A stretch of DNA of 38,786 bases from Folioceros fuciformis (lineage: Eukaryota): contig JBNGIO010006356.1 of NCBI GenBank assembly GCA_049999805.1, positions 577,273-616,058 on the forward strand, read 5' to 3'. The position numbers were made by a program, and so were the translations under genes. The notes beneath the pieces were generated by a model. It made no database searches, was not told the origin of the DNA, and saw nothing but the letters and a program-made list of their open reading frames with translations. Shown here in pieces: positions 9,928 through 21,900 of the stretch (positions are counted from its first letter, which is position 1; each line of letters begins with the position of its first letter).

Positions 9928-12900
9928 ATGGAGAAGTGGAGTGTCCAGCACTTGGAGGACGAGCCCTCGGCCACAAGCTTCAAGTCATGCATCGAGCTCC
10001 GCAACCTGCCGGTGGTACGTTCGTCGTTCTGTTTGTAAGGACTACCGCTGAAACTCGCTGAAGGGTCCTCATGGGCGTCAAGATTGTCATTTCTGCAGGT
10101 GCTGGGTGGTGCTGTCCAAGACTGGAAGGCTTTCAGAAGCTGGGATTCCGGCAAGGGTGGCTTACTGTATTTGAAGGTGACCTTGGTGTCGCTGCAATAG
10201 GAATAGGCTTGATGGTCACTACTGGGAGGATGCGAAGAGTCAACGTCCCCCGTTTACATGTGATGCAGGAGGTGGCAGGCGACTGCAATGTGGTAGCCAT
10301 GGGGTCAAGTCGTGGGCAGGTGTTCACTGGAGAACTTGGAAAGCATAAAAGGGTGAGATTGCAGTGCAGGGTGATATGATGAGCGTTGCTGCTTTCTATG
10401 TGCTTGACTTAGATTGTGAATGCCTGCAGACACAAATTTTGTTCAGTGACTTCCTGGATCTAGCCATCGCGTCATTGGAAGGAGATGACATCCTACTTGC
10501 TAGCACTGCATTAGACTTGTTGCCGGATGCAGCATCAACAGCAGCAGGGAATGACGAAGAGACACCGTCGGGTGGAGTCGCTCATCAACATCACTTATAT
10601 CTTGCTCAGGTCCCAGTGATGCTTTTGAACTTTTGTACCAAGACTTTTTGCTCTTTGTCTGTTCCAACCAGACATATCTCCATGCCCACAGGATACTCGT
10701 CAAATAGCTTGTGACCATATTTCTTTTGCTGCAGGTACCTATGTACAGACGCTCAAGCAGCACTGCTCCTTTGCGATGTTTGATGGAGGATATCTCTGTG
10801 GTAAGTAATGTACGATTTATAAGGGTGGCTGCGCTCTCTGTCCCTCTCTATTTTCGGCGTCCTCAGATGATGCTGTTGTTCAGCATGTGCTTTGACAGCA
10901 AGCTTATTGGTCTTGGCTGGCTGCACTGCCTAAGTTTGTGATCGGGCCCTTTTTAGCCAGGAATTTTGAAGAAAGAGGACCTGGCAGACATTAATATGTG
11001 GATGAGTGTGAATGGATCCAGATCCAGCATACACTACGATCCCTTCCATAACTTGCTCTGTGTGGTGGTTGGGTCGAAGGAAGGTACAGCTTTTCATACA
11101 TTTTGCTTATGCTAACCAATGGGTTTCAAATCAACCTTACTGAATAATTGTCGTCTTGCTCTTCTTGTACCGCAGTCATGTTGTGGCCACCTTCAGCCGC
11201 TGTGTCCTTATATCCCTGTTCCATATATGGGGAGTCATCAAATCACAGGTAAATGTAAGTTGTGTAGGGTACCAACTGGCTGATGACTTGGGTGGTTCTT
11301 GTCTCAAGAGGGATGTTTCTGTGTCCGGATATGTGTGCTGCATATACTTCACAATGTTCTGGTGTTGCTTTAAAATTGCAGTGCCGTGGATTTTGCGGAG
11401 CCTGATGTGGAGCTTCATCCGCGGTTTAAGGGAGCGATGGAGTGCTCCCAGACTGTGACTTTGAAGGCAGGCGATGCACTTTTCATTCCTGAAGGCTGGT
11501 ACTCCACATTTTGCAGAGCTGGATGGACATGCATGAGAGGAACACTAGTCTCTTCTTATCAAGATCTCTTTGCAGCGTTGTCTTTGAGATATGTTTTCGG
11601 TCAGCAGACAGCGAGGAATGCTGAAGGAAAAACACTTGGCTTCAGGTATCACCAGGTGAACAGTGAGAATGTAACAATCGCTGTTAACTTTTGGTGGCCA
11701 TCAGCAATATCATCAGCTCTGGGTACTCACATGGATGCTTACTACCTGCGCCGAATCACAGCGAGGTGAGGTGATGAATCTGGTCTGCCGACATCTGGCA
11801 AGACTAGAAGACATGTCTTTAAACAGTGCAGGCGTGTTTTCAATCCAGACTGGCTAATGTCTCTCCCATGACCGGCTGTCATGTATCTCTGGTGACTTCT
11901 ACCATCCGGACGATCAGCCTTGTAGATGCTGAGAAGGTAGTCGCTGCTCCCTATCCTTGTGTTGAGTGTCCTTGTTACAGTAACTGCCTCCAGTGATATG
12001 AGAGTTGATCATATTTTCCTCAGGACCGCATGGTAACAGAACTGCAAGGCTCCTGGCCTGCTGATACTGCGGACAAAGCGAACAATTCAGTAGACGGTGA
12101 TCAATCGCTCCACAGCTTGAAGCTACTTAGCGAACGGGCCATTGATTCCGGCAAAGAAGGATCACAAATGCAACGTCTGCCAAGCACAAGTGCTTATGTT
12201 ACGGAGGGTGCCTCTGGTGTTAACGATTTGACACCAACAGAGGCCCAGTACCTGATCACTCTTGTTCTCTGCGTGGCGTCGTTGGTTGAAAATGAGCAAG
12301 CAGCTGTTGATCCTGAAGCTACAAGTGCTGGTGAGAAGTTGGAGAAGACAAAGATCGCCATAGCCAAGGTTTTTTCCGTCGATCATGTTTTGCTTCAAAG
12401 GATCTTGTCGCTGCTTGTGGTAAGAGACTGACTTGTGCACTTCTTGGAGGCAGCATGCATGGGTCTCCGGAGCTCTTGTATGAACTCAGTGCTTTTTCAC
12501 CCTGTGGCAGCACCAATTTCCTCGCACTCTGGAAACCCTCATCCTCTATGGCTTGTCCCCAGCCGCTGCGGAGATTCTGGTCAGAAAGTTTGATAAAATG
12601 GTGGATGTAAACACGAAAGAGTCGCAGTAAGCTCCATCGTGACTCACAGGTGGGTTATTACCAGATACTCTAGAAACCCATCGGTTTTGCTGAGGGTGGC
12701 TTGGTTGTGCAGAGCTGCTTTTTTCGAGTCCTTCTACAGTGTGTTCGAAAGACCTGGTGAAGCGATGAATGAGATCCTGTTCCAAAAGGCACAATTCGCA
12801 GCCGAGGTGACCCCTTTGTCCCTGACCGTGGGCGTCTTTGTTCGCACTCAGTGCATTCGTGTCTCGTGACCCCTCAAGTATTGCCGACACTGAACTGCCT

Positions 12901-12969
12901 CTGAATTTGCAGGCCTTGAAAAATGTTATGGAGGGCATGCTGGGTTTGTCTTGGGCGCCTCTGGTCTGA
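9928..12969 (+). CDS. JmjC-only 2-oxoglutarate/Fe(II) dioxygenase, JMJ31-like, multi-exon
   Basis: ATG at 9928 (MEKWSVQHLEDEPSATSFKSCIELRNLPV). Motifs YLAQVP, INMWMS..SSIHYDPFHNLLCVVVGSK (HxD) and GDALFIPEGWYHQVNS (distal His), followed by a helical C-terminal region. Stop at 12967-12969. Confidence 0.9.
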
Positions 12970-13947
12970 TTCTTGGTGACGACAGAGGTCGACAAGCTGG
13001 CTTTTGCAGGTCCTTGTGCGACGATCTCAACGGGTGACAGCATTAGGGAGCAGCCCTGTCCATTGTCGGAGACGCCTCGGCAGAATTTCGTTTCGGCTGC
13101 CACAGTTCCGTGTGAGACAAACTGAACGGGAGCGACAGGATTAGGGAGCTGCACTGATTGTTGTACGAGATACTTCACATTAATTCCGTTTCGTTGTCTC
13201 TGGGCTTGGAGATTTAGAACACAGTACGCCCTGCGGCTTGACCACACTGAGCGCCGGAGCAGTGAACGAGGTTACAAAGTAAATAGAAGGAGGGAGACCT
13301 CACTTGAGGGTTCCAGAAGACAAGCACTGGAGACGGGCCACTTCCCCTCTCATTGCAAGACTGCTTGTACGGTCGGGTATCTGCAAGGAGGCTGAAGTTC
13401 GGACATGGCATCGGTTGTTTGTCTCAGCCCAAGCAGTGAAGAGGCTCCTCCGCCCTATCTATTGCCTAACCAATGGCAAAGGTCTCTTTGGAAAGCAACA
13501 AACCAGATTAGAACGTTCTGGACGCATGAGGAGGCGTGTCTCGTCTATACCTCCATAGCGCCGCTCACCAGCAGGCAGATGCACCTGGACGATCGTGGTT
13601 GCGATCCTCATGCCGTCCTTGGTATATACAAGTATTGACCGACGCGAAGTTGGTTAACGGCAAAAGGAACAGGTTCCAGGCAACTGCTGGAAAGGAGGTC
13701 ATCCTGAAGAACCTGACTTGTGACGTTTGTAAGTGCTCACCCGCAACTCGGGCTGATCATAGGTCGTAGACGGAGCTTGAATCATGAAGGACAGAATTCC
13801 TTCATCTGTCTTGGCCACCTCGAGCTCACCTCCTAGGCTGTGCAAGATCAAAACACCGGGTTAAGTGTTGAATTCTCAACCTCCATATCAGCAGCAGCTC
13901 GCTGCGGGGCGGGTCACCTGATTATGATCCAAGCTTGCATCCTGAGA

Positions 13948-15516
13948 ATGGAGGCCGTGCGCGTGGGGATCGGGAGGCCCTCGGTGACCACCTGCATCTC
14001 AGTCACTGCCCCGAGTTCGAGGTCGGCACGACGGCCATGGCTCCCGTGCGGTGCACCCTCAGACCGCAGAATTGGAAATCGAAGGCAGGCCAGCAGCACC
14101 GGTCGCATGGACAATCGCGCTCAGCTGCAGGACCTCACCGATCGTGAGTCCGTCAAAGGCTCCTCACTCGATGCAGTCTGGCCGGGCAAGTGTGCTTCCT
14201 CCACCACTTCCTGGCTGGAAGTAATCCCGGGCCGCCTGCAAGCTGCACTCGTGCAGCTACACGGTGCAGTTTCAGATCTCAATGCCACGCTCTCCGAGAG
14301 CCTTGCGCTGCTGGACTGCTTGGACCGCCTCGCTCTCTCGGCTCTCTTCAAGCGTNNNNNNNNNNGGTCATGCAGATGGTACGTGGGTTGCAAGTTGGAC
14401 AAGATCAACGTGGGCAATCGTGGGATGGTGACAGAAAGCTACTACGGGGGTTTGGGGTTGGGAATACAGGCAGATTTGTGGGAGTCATTGGCAGCCTGCG
14501 CTCAGAATACAGTGCTGCTGACATTGTCTGATGACTACTTTGACTTGAAGCTCGAGAGTTTCTCCGATCTGCAGACTTTTGTTGAAGCAATAAGAAGGTA
14601 GGTAGTGGAACCTTAAAATCTTGCAATAGCAGCTTCATCCCTGCTTCGAGGCCCTCTGGCCTTTCGATAGAGTAGTTTGTCGGCAGAGTGAAGTTGACCA
14701 TGGACGAACTACTGTGCATCCCTGCAGATGGGACCCGTCATTGGTACAAAACGGGAGTGATCTGCAACAGATTCTCTTCTTCGCCATCTACGACACCGTA
14801 AACTCCATGAGCGAAGCTGCATCTTCACCTCAGTTTCAAGGACGTGACGTCGGGCGGCACCTGCGAAGGTCATACGTGCGGGTACTGGAGGCAATGTTGA
14901 CCGAGGCCGAGTGGAACGAGAAAGCTTACATTCCATCCTTGCCAGAGTACCTTAAGGCCGCAGAACCTTCCTTCGCTTTGGAGCCCCTTCTTCTGAGCAT
15001 GCTCTTGTTCATGCCGAAGAAGCTTTCAGACGACATCCTGGACGGCTCCGACTACCTTCTCCACCTGCAGCTTGTCAGTCGCTCGGGAAGGCTCGTCAAC
15101 GACTTGCGATCCGCGAGGGTACGTTCCGCCTGCTGTTGAAATTGATGCAGTGAAGGCGAAGGCTAATCTTTCGATGTGAACTCACGCTGTTACGAAACTT
15201 TTTGCGTGCGCAGAGAGAGAGGGAGATGGGCAAGTTCAACAGCGTGACAATCTGGATGGGCCAGAATCCTTCCCTCACGGTAGAAGAGACTGAGGAACAG
15301 CTATTGCAGAAAGCAGAAGATGCCACCACGCAGCTAATGCGCTTGGTGTTTACGCATGGTGACTCAGCCAACTGCTTGCACCCAGAGGGTAGACGTATCT
15401 TCCTTGGAATGTGTTGCGAGGTCAACTGCATGTACTATAGCACCGATGAGTGGTCGAAACCGGAGAGTGAGTTGAAGGGGATGATCAAAGACATGATATT
15501 CCGCTCTATCCCTTGA
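13948..15516 (+). CDS. Typical plant class I terpene synthase (kaurene-synthase-like alpha domain), interrupted by the assembly gap; exons after the gap are 14376-14597, 14728-15118 and 15214-15516
   Basis: DDYFD (DDxxD), EAIRRWD, MLTEAEW..YIPSLPEYL and RLVNDLRSARRE (NSE/DTE motif). Before the gap: a Ser/Arg-rich transit-peptide-like N-terminus and LLDCLDRLAL..F. Linkage across the gap is assumed. Confidence 0.85.
14356..14365. other. Assembly gap (10 N)
   Basis: Run of N; true size unknown. Confidence 1.
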
Positions 15517-16331
15517 TCCAACGGCGCTTACATTTGTAAACTACAGACCTACCTCGGTAGGCCTTTGCTCCTAGGTTTTAGATTTTGTTCGGCAGCTATA
15601 GGGACACGGAATGAGCGTCCTAACTGCAAATCTATACAGATTTGATGAATTGCGAATGAATCGATGGGCCCAAGCCCTTGCATGATCCTTGCTACACGGG
15701 TCTGTTGATTTCAGGTCTGACAAATACTCCTGATCCTACTACTGAGACGTGCACCAACTATGGCAGACTCTGCTCTGATTGAAGTCTCCTTGGATCTGAA
15801 AGACCAATGCTCTGCTCAAGTTCCGAATTTCAAGTCCTCGCCATGAATCCTTCCTGCATGGTTGCCGTCTGCTGAGTTGTTACATGTACAAGCCAACTTT
15901 GGCCGCCAAAACTGCCGCAGCTGCACAACCTCCTACACTTCACAGGAAAGGACTGTGTCTGCTCCAATACCAATTGCCCTCTTGCACACCAGGCTAGGCT
16001 ATCCCACCACCTCAAGTCCATCCTCAAGTTGCAAAAATCTTTTCCATGAGCCCCACTATTTGTCCAGACAGTGGAAACTGGTCATGCCCCACTGCACTGT
16101 GACATAGAGATCGACGCGCACACTCCCACCTTGGACTAGCCCGCTTTTGATGCGTACATCAAGACTGCTGTACCAGAAGCCACAGAAGGTTCGCACATAA
16201 TAAAGGCTATGCCATTCCACTACGTGTGTACTGGCTTGATAGACTGGCAAGCTTCCGAAGTCCAGAAGCAGATAGATCGAGCTTGAAGGATACCTGACGG
16301 AGCAATAAGTAATGATAGGGGAATTACGCCG

Positions 16332-17955
16332 TCAATATGAGAGGACCGCAGGATCGTCCAGCGTTTCCCTGCCAAACATATCCTGGTTGGCGACATTGTA
16401 CGCCTTGTGCTCCGAATGAAACCATTCATGGAAATCTGAGAGTGTGTGAATTTCACGAATTAAAGGCTCCAAGTTCTGTAGAGACCTTCGTTCCTTACTT
16501 ATCCTGTACTGCAGATGAAGGCAACGGAGCGAACATTAGTCCGGACCCAGCTGGCGTAGCTCAGACTGAAAGGACCATGGTAAAACAGGTTGCGGAGAGG
16601 AAACTCACTCCAATAATCTCCTTGTCGATGCCTTCGTCTGATGCACCGTGGTACTGGAGAAGAAACCCCTGTCCACGAGATCCACGGTCAAGGGCTAAGG
16701 GTCCTTGACCATTGCTGCCCAAGGACTGCCGAAGTCCCATGCCTGCTCCTTTCAGACCAAAAATCCACTCGAACACAGCTTTGGATCGAGGCATATGAAA
16801 TGCGGAAGTCACGACAGCCATTCTTCTCCAACCAAGGGGAATCACGTGGTGAGTCAATGATAAATACCCGTTGCCAATCGTGTCGTAAGAAGCCCATTCC
16901 TTCAGCATAACCGAAACATCCACACCTTTCCGCCTCAAATAGTTCACACACGAGGAACTTTCATGAAGAACAAAACCCTCAGGAGTCAGCTGCGGAGGCC
17001 GGTAAGGAGTTCCTCCACCAGACAACACGATTTTGCAGGAGGGTCCGTTGATCCTTTGGATTTGCAGTGCCAGGTCCAGTCTCCTCTCCACCCAAAGGGG
17101 AACCCCTCCACCTGCAACTTGCCCTCCTGCCAAGACCAGCACGGCATCCAGAGACTCACCCTCGGCACTATCGTCGTGAGCGTCCCCTTTCTCAGGAAAG
17201 ACTGACCTTAACCGTATCCTCCCCGGTTTCCACGAAGTCAGCGCTCTGCCATCGGCACCATCGCCAGCTCCCTGATCTACCGTTCCTCCTGGCTCCAGGT
17301 CACGGCCAGCATACATTTGCTGCAGCACACCAGTTTGAACACACGCATTCTCACTCCTCGCAAGAGTGTCCGGCCTCCTCTGTTTACTCGTGAACGGGCA
17401 CCACAGCTTGAGTCTCTCGAACGGCAACATTTCCCGGCCGTCACCATGTTCTCTCGTCGTCCTCAGCAGTAATTCCAAGTCTGTACATAGCACATCCCTC
17501 GCTGACTCAAAGGCGACACACGAATTGGACACAGAAGGGCACGACTCTCGATCAGCGATGAGCGTTGTGTGGACGGCCGACGCCTGGAACCTAGCATTCT
17601 GTAGCGTGCAACCTGTCTTGCATTTCCTGCTTGCACATCTCCGTTCTGTCCGATGAAGTTTTAAAGCAGACCTGAATGCACATACCGAAGGACTGGTTCT
17701 GCAAATCTTCTTCACTCCCAGAAGAATCCATCTCTGCGTGACCGGTGTGGGCCGCAAATTGTTGTCGTCCTCGCGCCCAGATCGATATCGGCTTTGAGAG
17801 CCATAGCGCCTTCCAGCAGGTAGCCCCCGCGTACTGAATTGCAGCCACAGCGCGGCAGGGGCAACCCTAGAGTCGGGAGACAAGATTGGCAGGCTCTCAA
17901 GCACAGCAAACCTGGAGGGGCGATGGACAGATGTTGGCATCCCGGTCACCCGCAT
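16332..17955 (-). CDS. DUF218/YdcF-like (Rossmann-like) protein; exons ~17955-16609 and 16508-16332; start uncertain
   Basis: DAVLVLAGG, IVLSGGG, ES..CVNYL..KGV, EWASYDTIGN and VVTSAFHMPRSKAVF. A GT-AG intron at 16608-16509 leads to a 59-codon last exon (YRISKERRSL..HKAY..LSY*). Confidence 0.8.
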
Positions 17956-18996
17956 GCAGGGAGTCCAACTAGAGCCACCCTATGTCACAGTCCAGACCGG
18001 GCGGAGGAGCTTTGAGAGAATTCTGACTCGGAAGCGCTTCCAGAATTGCCTGCACCAGCAACAAACAAACACAAGCACAGGCAAGCAAGACTCCGATCTG
18101 GAGATCAATGAGCCACAGCTCACAGCTCCTGGAGTCCGCAGGAACGCCGGTCCGGCTTGGCGCGCGGATCATCAACAGCTTTTTGCCATTACCCCAATGA
18201 GTTTTGCAGTAAGATGCATCTGTGGTCCTGGATGGCACACGTACATACTAAGAGGCAGCAGTTCAGTTGCCCACCTGGTCATCATAGCCTACGGCCGTTC
18301 GGACATCATCGGGATATTCTAATGAAGGAATAATGCTTATTATAGTTGTACGTGTCTGTATGTAGGTGGGAATCTTTCATTTGATACACAAGCACCCACT
18401 GGCCGGAGGACATGTTTCAAGAGAATCGTATAGACCATGCAAAGTCGCCAAGATATGGCTCCTTAAAGGCTCAAATCTCTACGAACTCTCTCTGGATGAA
18501 ACAAGAAATCGCACTGACTTGTGTAGCAATGTGTGCCGGCTGTCCCCCGAAACAGCTATCGGGCTGTGATGCTCGTTCAGACCTTTGGGCGAGAGGTGAT
18601 GAGCGAAGTTGCCTTTACCGTACATGCACTAGCTATCATGGATAGTTAGAACTCTTGGCTCTTGTATATCGAGCGTATGCTTCTGATAGCCTCAACTGTG
18701 CCAATCTCTTAGGCCTGGCTGCCAACGTTCCTACAAGGAGCCCTGAAAAGCTACCTAAAGGAGCACACAAGAAAATGTATTTCGGTGACCCTGTTTTTGT
18801 TATTCAAGATGTGCTGTTTCTCGAGTCATCCGCCAGTGCCTACTGTCAATAGTCTCCCCTATCATAGATGAATTGCATGTTCCTCATGTTTGGGCTGCTG
18901 AATTTCAGTGTACGTATGATTGCCTAACAAGACCTCCCCAAGTTGGAGGAGATGCTATATAAGCAGCTTTTGGCTACCCATTGAAAGGACTTTGCT

Positions 18997-21900
18997 TCAC
19001 ATCTCAGAAAAGTCCGGCGGTGATGAATCAAGACGTGGCACATATCCTACTTTCTTCATATAGGAGACGAGCTGTTTCAGCCTTGCGTATATACCTGCAC
19101 TGTCGAGATGCTTTTTATCCCCGACCACAAACCTATGCACCAGCCCATCCATGTCCGTCCACCAGCTCTGTCCTGGCTCCTTCCATGCCCCTATTCCTGT
19201 TCTCCTTGCTTGTATCTCTCGAGCCTCCTGCCACATTTGTGCGCTTGTATATATGTTTGACATCAGCACAAAGGCTGCCACATCTCTCTCATCTAGCTTC
19301 ACTGCTTCCTCGAAAGCATGGCGCCCCACCTCCACATTGCCCCACTTCCGACAAGCACCTAACAGAGTGCGCCAAACTGCACTGTGAGGTTGTAAAGGCA
19401 TTGTCCTCACCACTGCTAGCGCCTCATGAAGGTGGCCGGCACGACCCAGGAGGTCCACCATGCAAGAGTAGTGCACAGTGGTGGGAGTGATGCCATGGTC
19501 TTTGCGCATAGCCTCATAGTACTCTCGCCCTTTGCTCACTAGACCCGAATGACTGCAGACTGTCAGGAGGCTCAGAAAGGTGATGCTATCTGGTTGTATG
19601 CCATCCTCTCTCATTTTGTCGAGCAAGGCAAAGACCACTGTAGTGTCTCCTTGACGGGTATACCCTGCAATCAATGAATTCCATGCGACAATGTCCTTTC
19701 CAGACAACGCATCAAACACCTGCTGAGCATCAACCATGCTACCACATTTGGCATACATGTTTATCAAACTGATGGCTATAAACCAATCAGCTTGAAACCC
19801 TTGTCTTTTAATCTCACCATGAATCTGCTTTCCTTTATGCAAAGCTGACACATTTGCACAAGCTTGCAGGAGGCACACAAAAGTCACAGAATTAGGTGCC
19901 GTGATGCCTTCTTGTTGCATAGCACTGTAAAGACGAAAGGCTTCCTGAGCCATGCCGTGCTGGGAATAACCTGCTATCATGGCATTCCATGTCACCACAT
20001 CTTTTGCAACAAGCCCGTCAAACATACTCTGCGCATCCTCTAGGCTGCCACACTTTGCGTACATCGTTATCAAACTGTTAGCGACAAAAATGTCAACCTG
20101 AAGCCCATGTTCTCCGATATCTGCATGTAGCTGCTTCCCCTTCTCCAAAGCCAAGGGACCCTCGTTTGCACATGCCTGCAGGAGACACACAAATGTCACT
20201 GAATTGGGTGGTGTGGCACCTTCTTTGCGCATATCACTATATAAGTTAAAGGCTCCCTGACTCATGCCCTGCTGGGAATATCCTGCGATCAAGGTGTTCC
20301 AAGTCACGATGTCCTTCTGATGAAGCTCGTCGAAGACATTTTGGGCATCTTGTAGACTGCCACACTTTGCATACATGTTTAGCAAATTGTTCGCAACAAT
20401 GACATCTGCTTGAAGACCTTGTTCTCTTATCTGAGCGTGAAGCTGCTTTCCCTTCTCTAAAGCCATGACACCTACACTTGCACAGGCCTGCAGAAGGGAC
20501 AGAAACGTAATAGAATTTGGTACAGCAACACCTTCTTGTTGCATCGTGCTATAAACGCGGAGGGCTTCCTGTACCATCCCCTTCTGGCAGTATCCTGTTA
20601 TGAGAGCAGTCCACGTCACCACATTTTTTTCAGGAAGCCTGTCAAACACAGTCTGAGCATCCTGCAGGCTTCCACACTTTGCATACATGTTTACTAGGCT
20701 GCAACCCACGACCACATCAACCTGCAATCCTCCTTGTTCGATCAGTTTGTGAAGCTGGTTCCCCATCTCCAGAGCCTGGATACCCACACTTGCACACGCT
20801 TGCAGGAGGCTCACATATGTGACAGAATCGGGTTGCGTACTGCCCTCCTGCCGCATGGCACTGTACAGATGGAGGGCTTCCTGACCCATACCCTGCTGGG
20901 AATATCCGGCTATCATGGCATTCCATGTCACCACATCTTTCTGGCCCAGCCTGTCAAACACGCTTTGTGCATCCTGCAGGCTGCCACACTTAGCATACAT
21001 GTTTACCAGGCTGCAACCTAGAACCACATCCGCTCGGAGCCTCCGTTCGTTGATCTGCCCATGAAGCTGCCTTCCCAATTCCAGAGCCGGGGCACCCACA
21101 GTTGCACACGCCTGTAGGAGGCACACAAATGTCACATAATTGGGCGCATGCATGCCTTCGTGTTGCATAGCATCGTACAGCTGAAGGGCTTGCTGACCCA
21201 TGCCCTGCTGGGAATACCCTGCAATCATGGCATTCCATGTCACTACATCTTTGTAACGAAGTCCATCAAACACGCTGTGAGCGTCCTCCAGTCTGTCACA
21301 CTTTGCGTACATATCCACCAGGCAGTTACAGACAAACAAATCAGGCTCAACATCACTGGCCAACACATCAGCATGCACCTGCTGCCCAGACTTCAGGTCT
21401 CCTCCCCTCGCACAAGCCTGCAGAGCTGCTACGAACACATGACCATCTGGCTTCAACCTGGACAAGCGCATTTTATGATATAGCTGTATAGCCTCGGGGG
21501 ATTGTCCTCGACTAACATGCGCAGAAATGATTGACGACCACATGAAAACATCGGGTTCCACAACCACGGTGAACACATCCATCGCTTCTTGCAGGCTAGC
21601 ATAAGAGGCATACATTCGGAGAATGTGGTTGCATAAGAACCTGTCCGACTCATACCCAATTTTCACGACGAGAGCATGAGCACGCCGTCCCAAGACCACA
21701 TCCTTCTTCACCGCACATTTTTTTACCACGGCATAAAACAGGTATTTGGAAACTGTCCAGTCCGCCTGCACAAGAACCCCCAAAGCCTCAACAGCCTCAG
21801 GAACCTTCTCCTGCTGGCAAAGTTCCATCACCGTCAGAGCCGTTACGCCCCTTTCGTATCCTGCAGGCCTGCGAGGGTTAGGATCATCCTGCAAGCTCAT

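Noticed and set aside
9928..17955. Terpene biosynthetic gene cluster (JmjC dioxygenase, TPS, DUF218)
   Set aside because: The dioxygenase is a conserved JMJ31-like JmjC protein, not a DOXC tailoring enzyme. No P450 or prenyl diphosphate synthase is present, and farnesyltransferase is a housekeeping enzyme.
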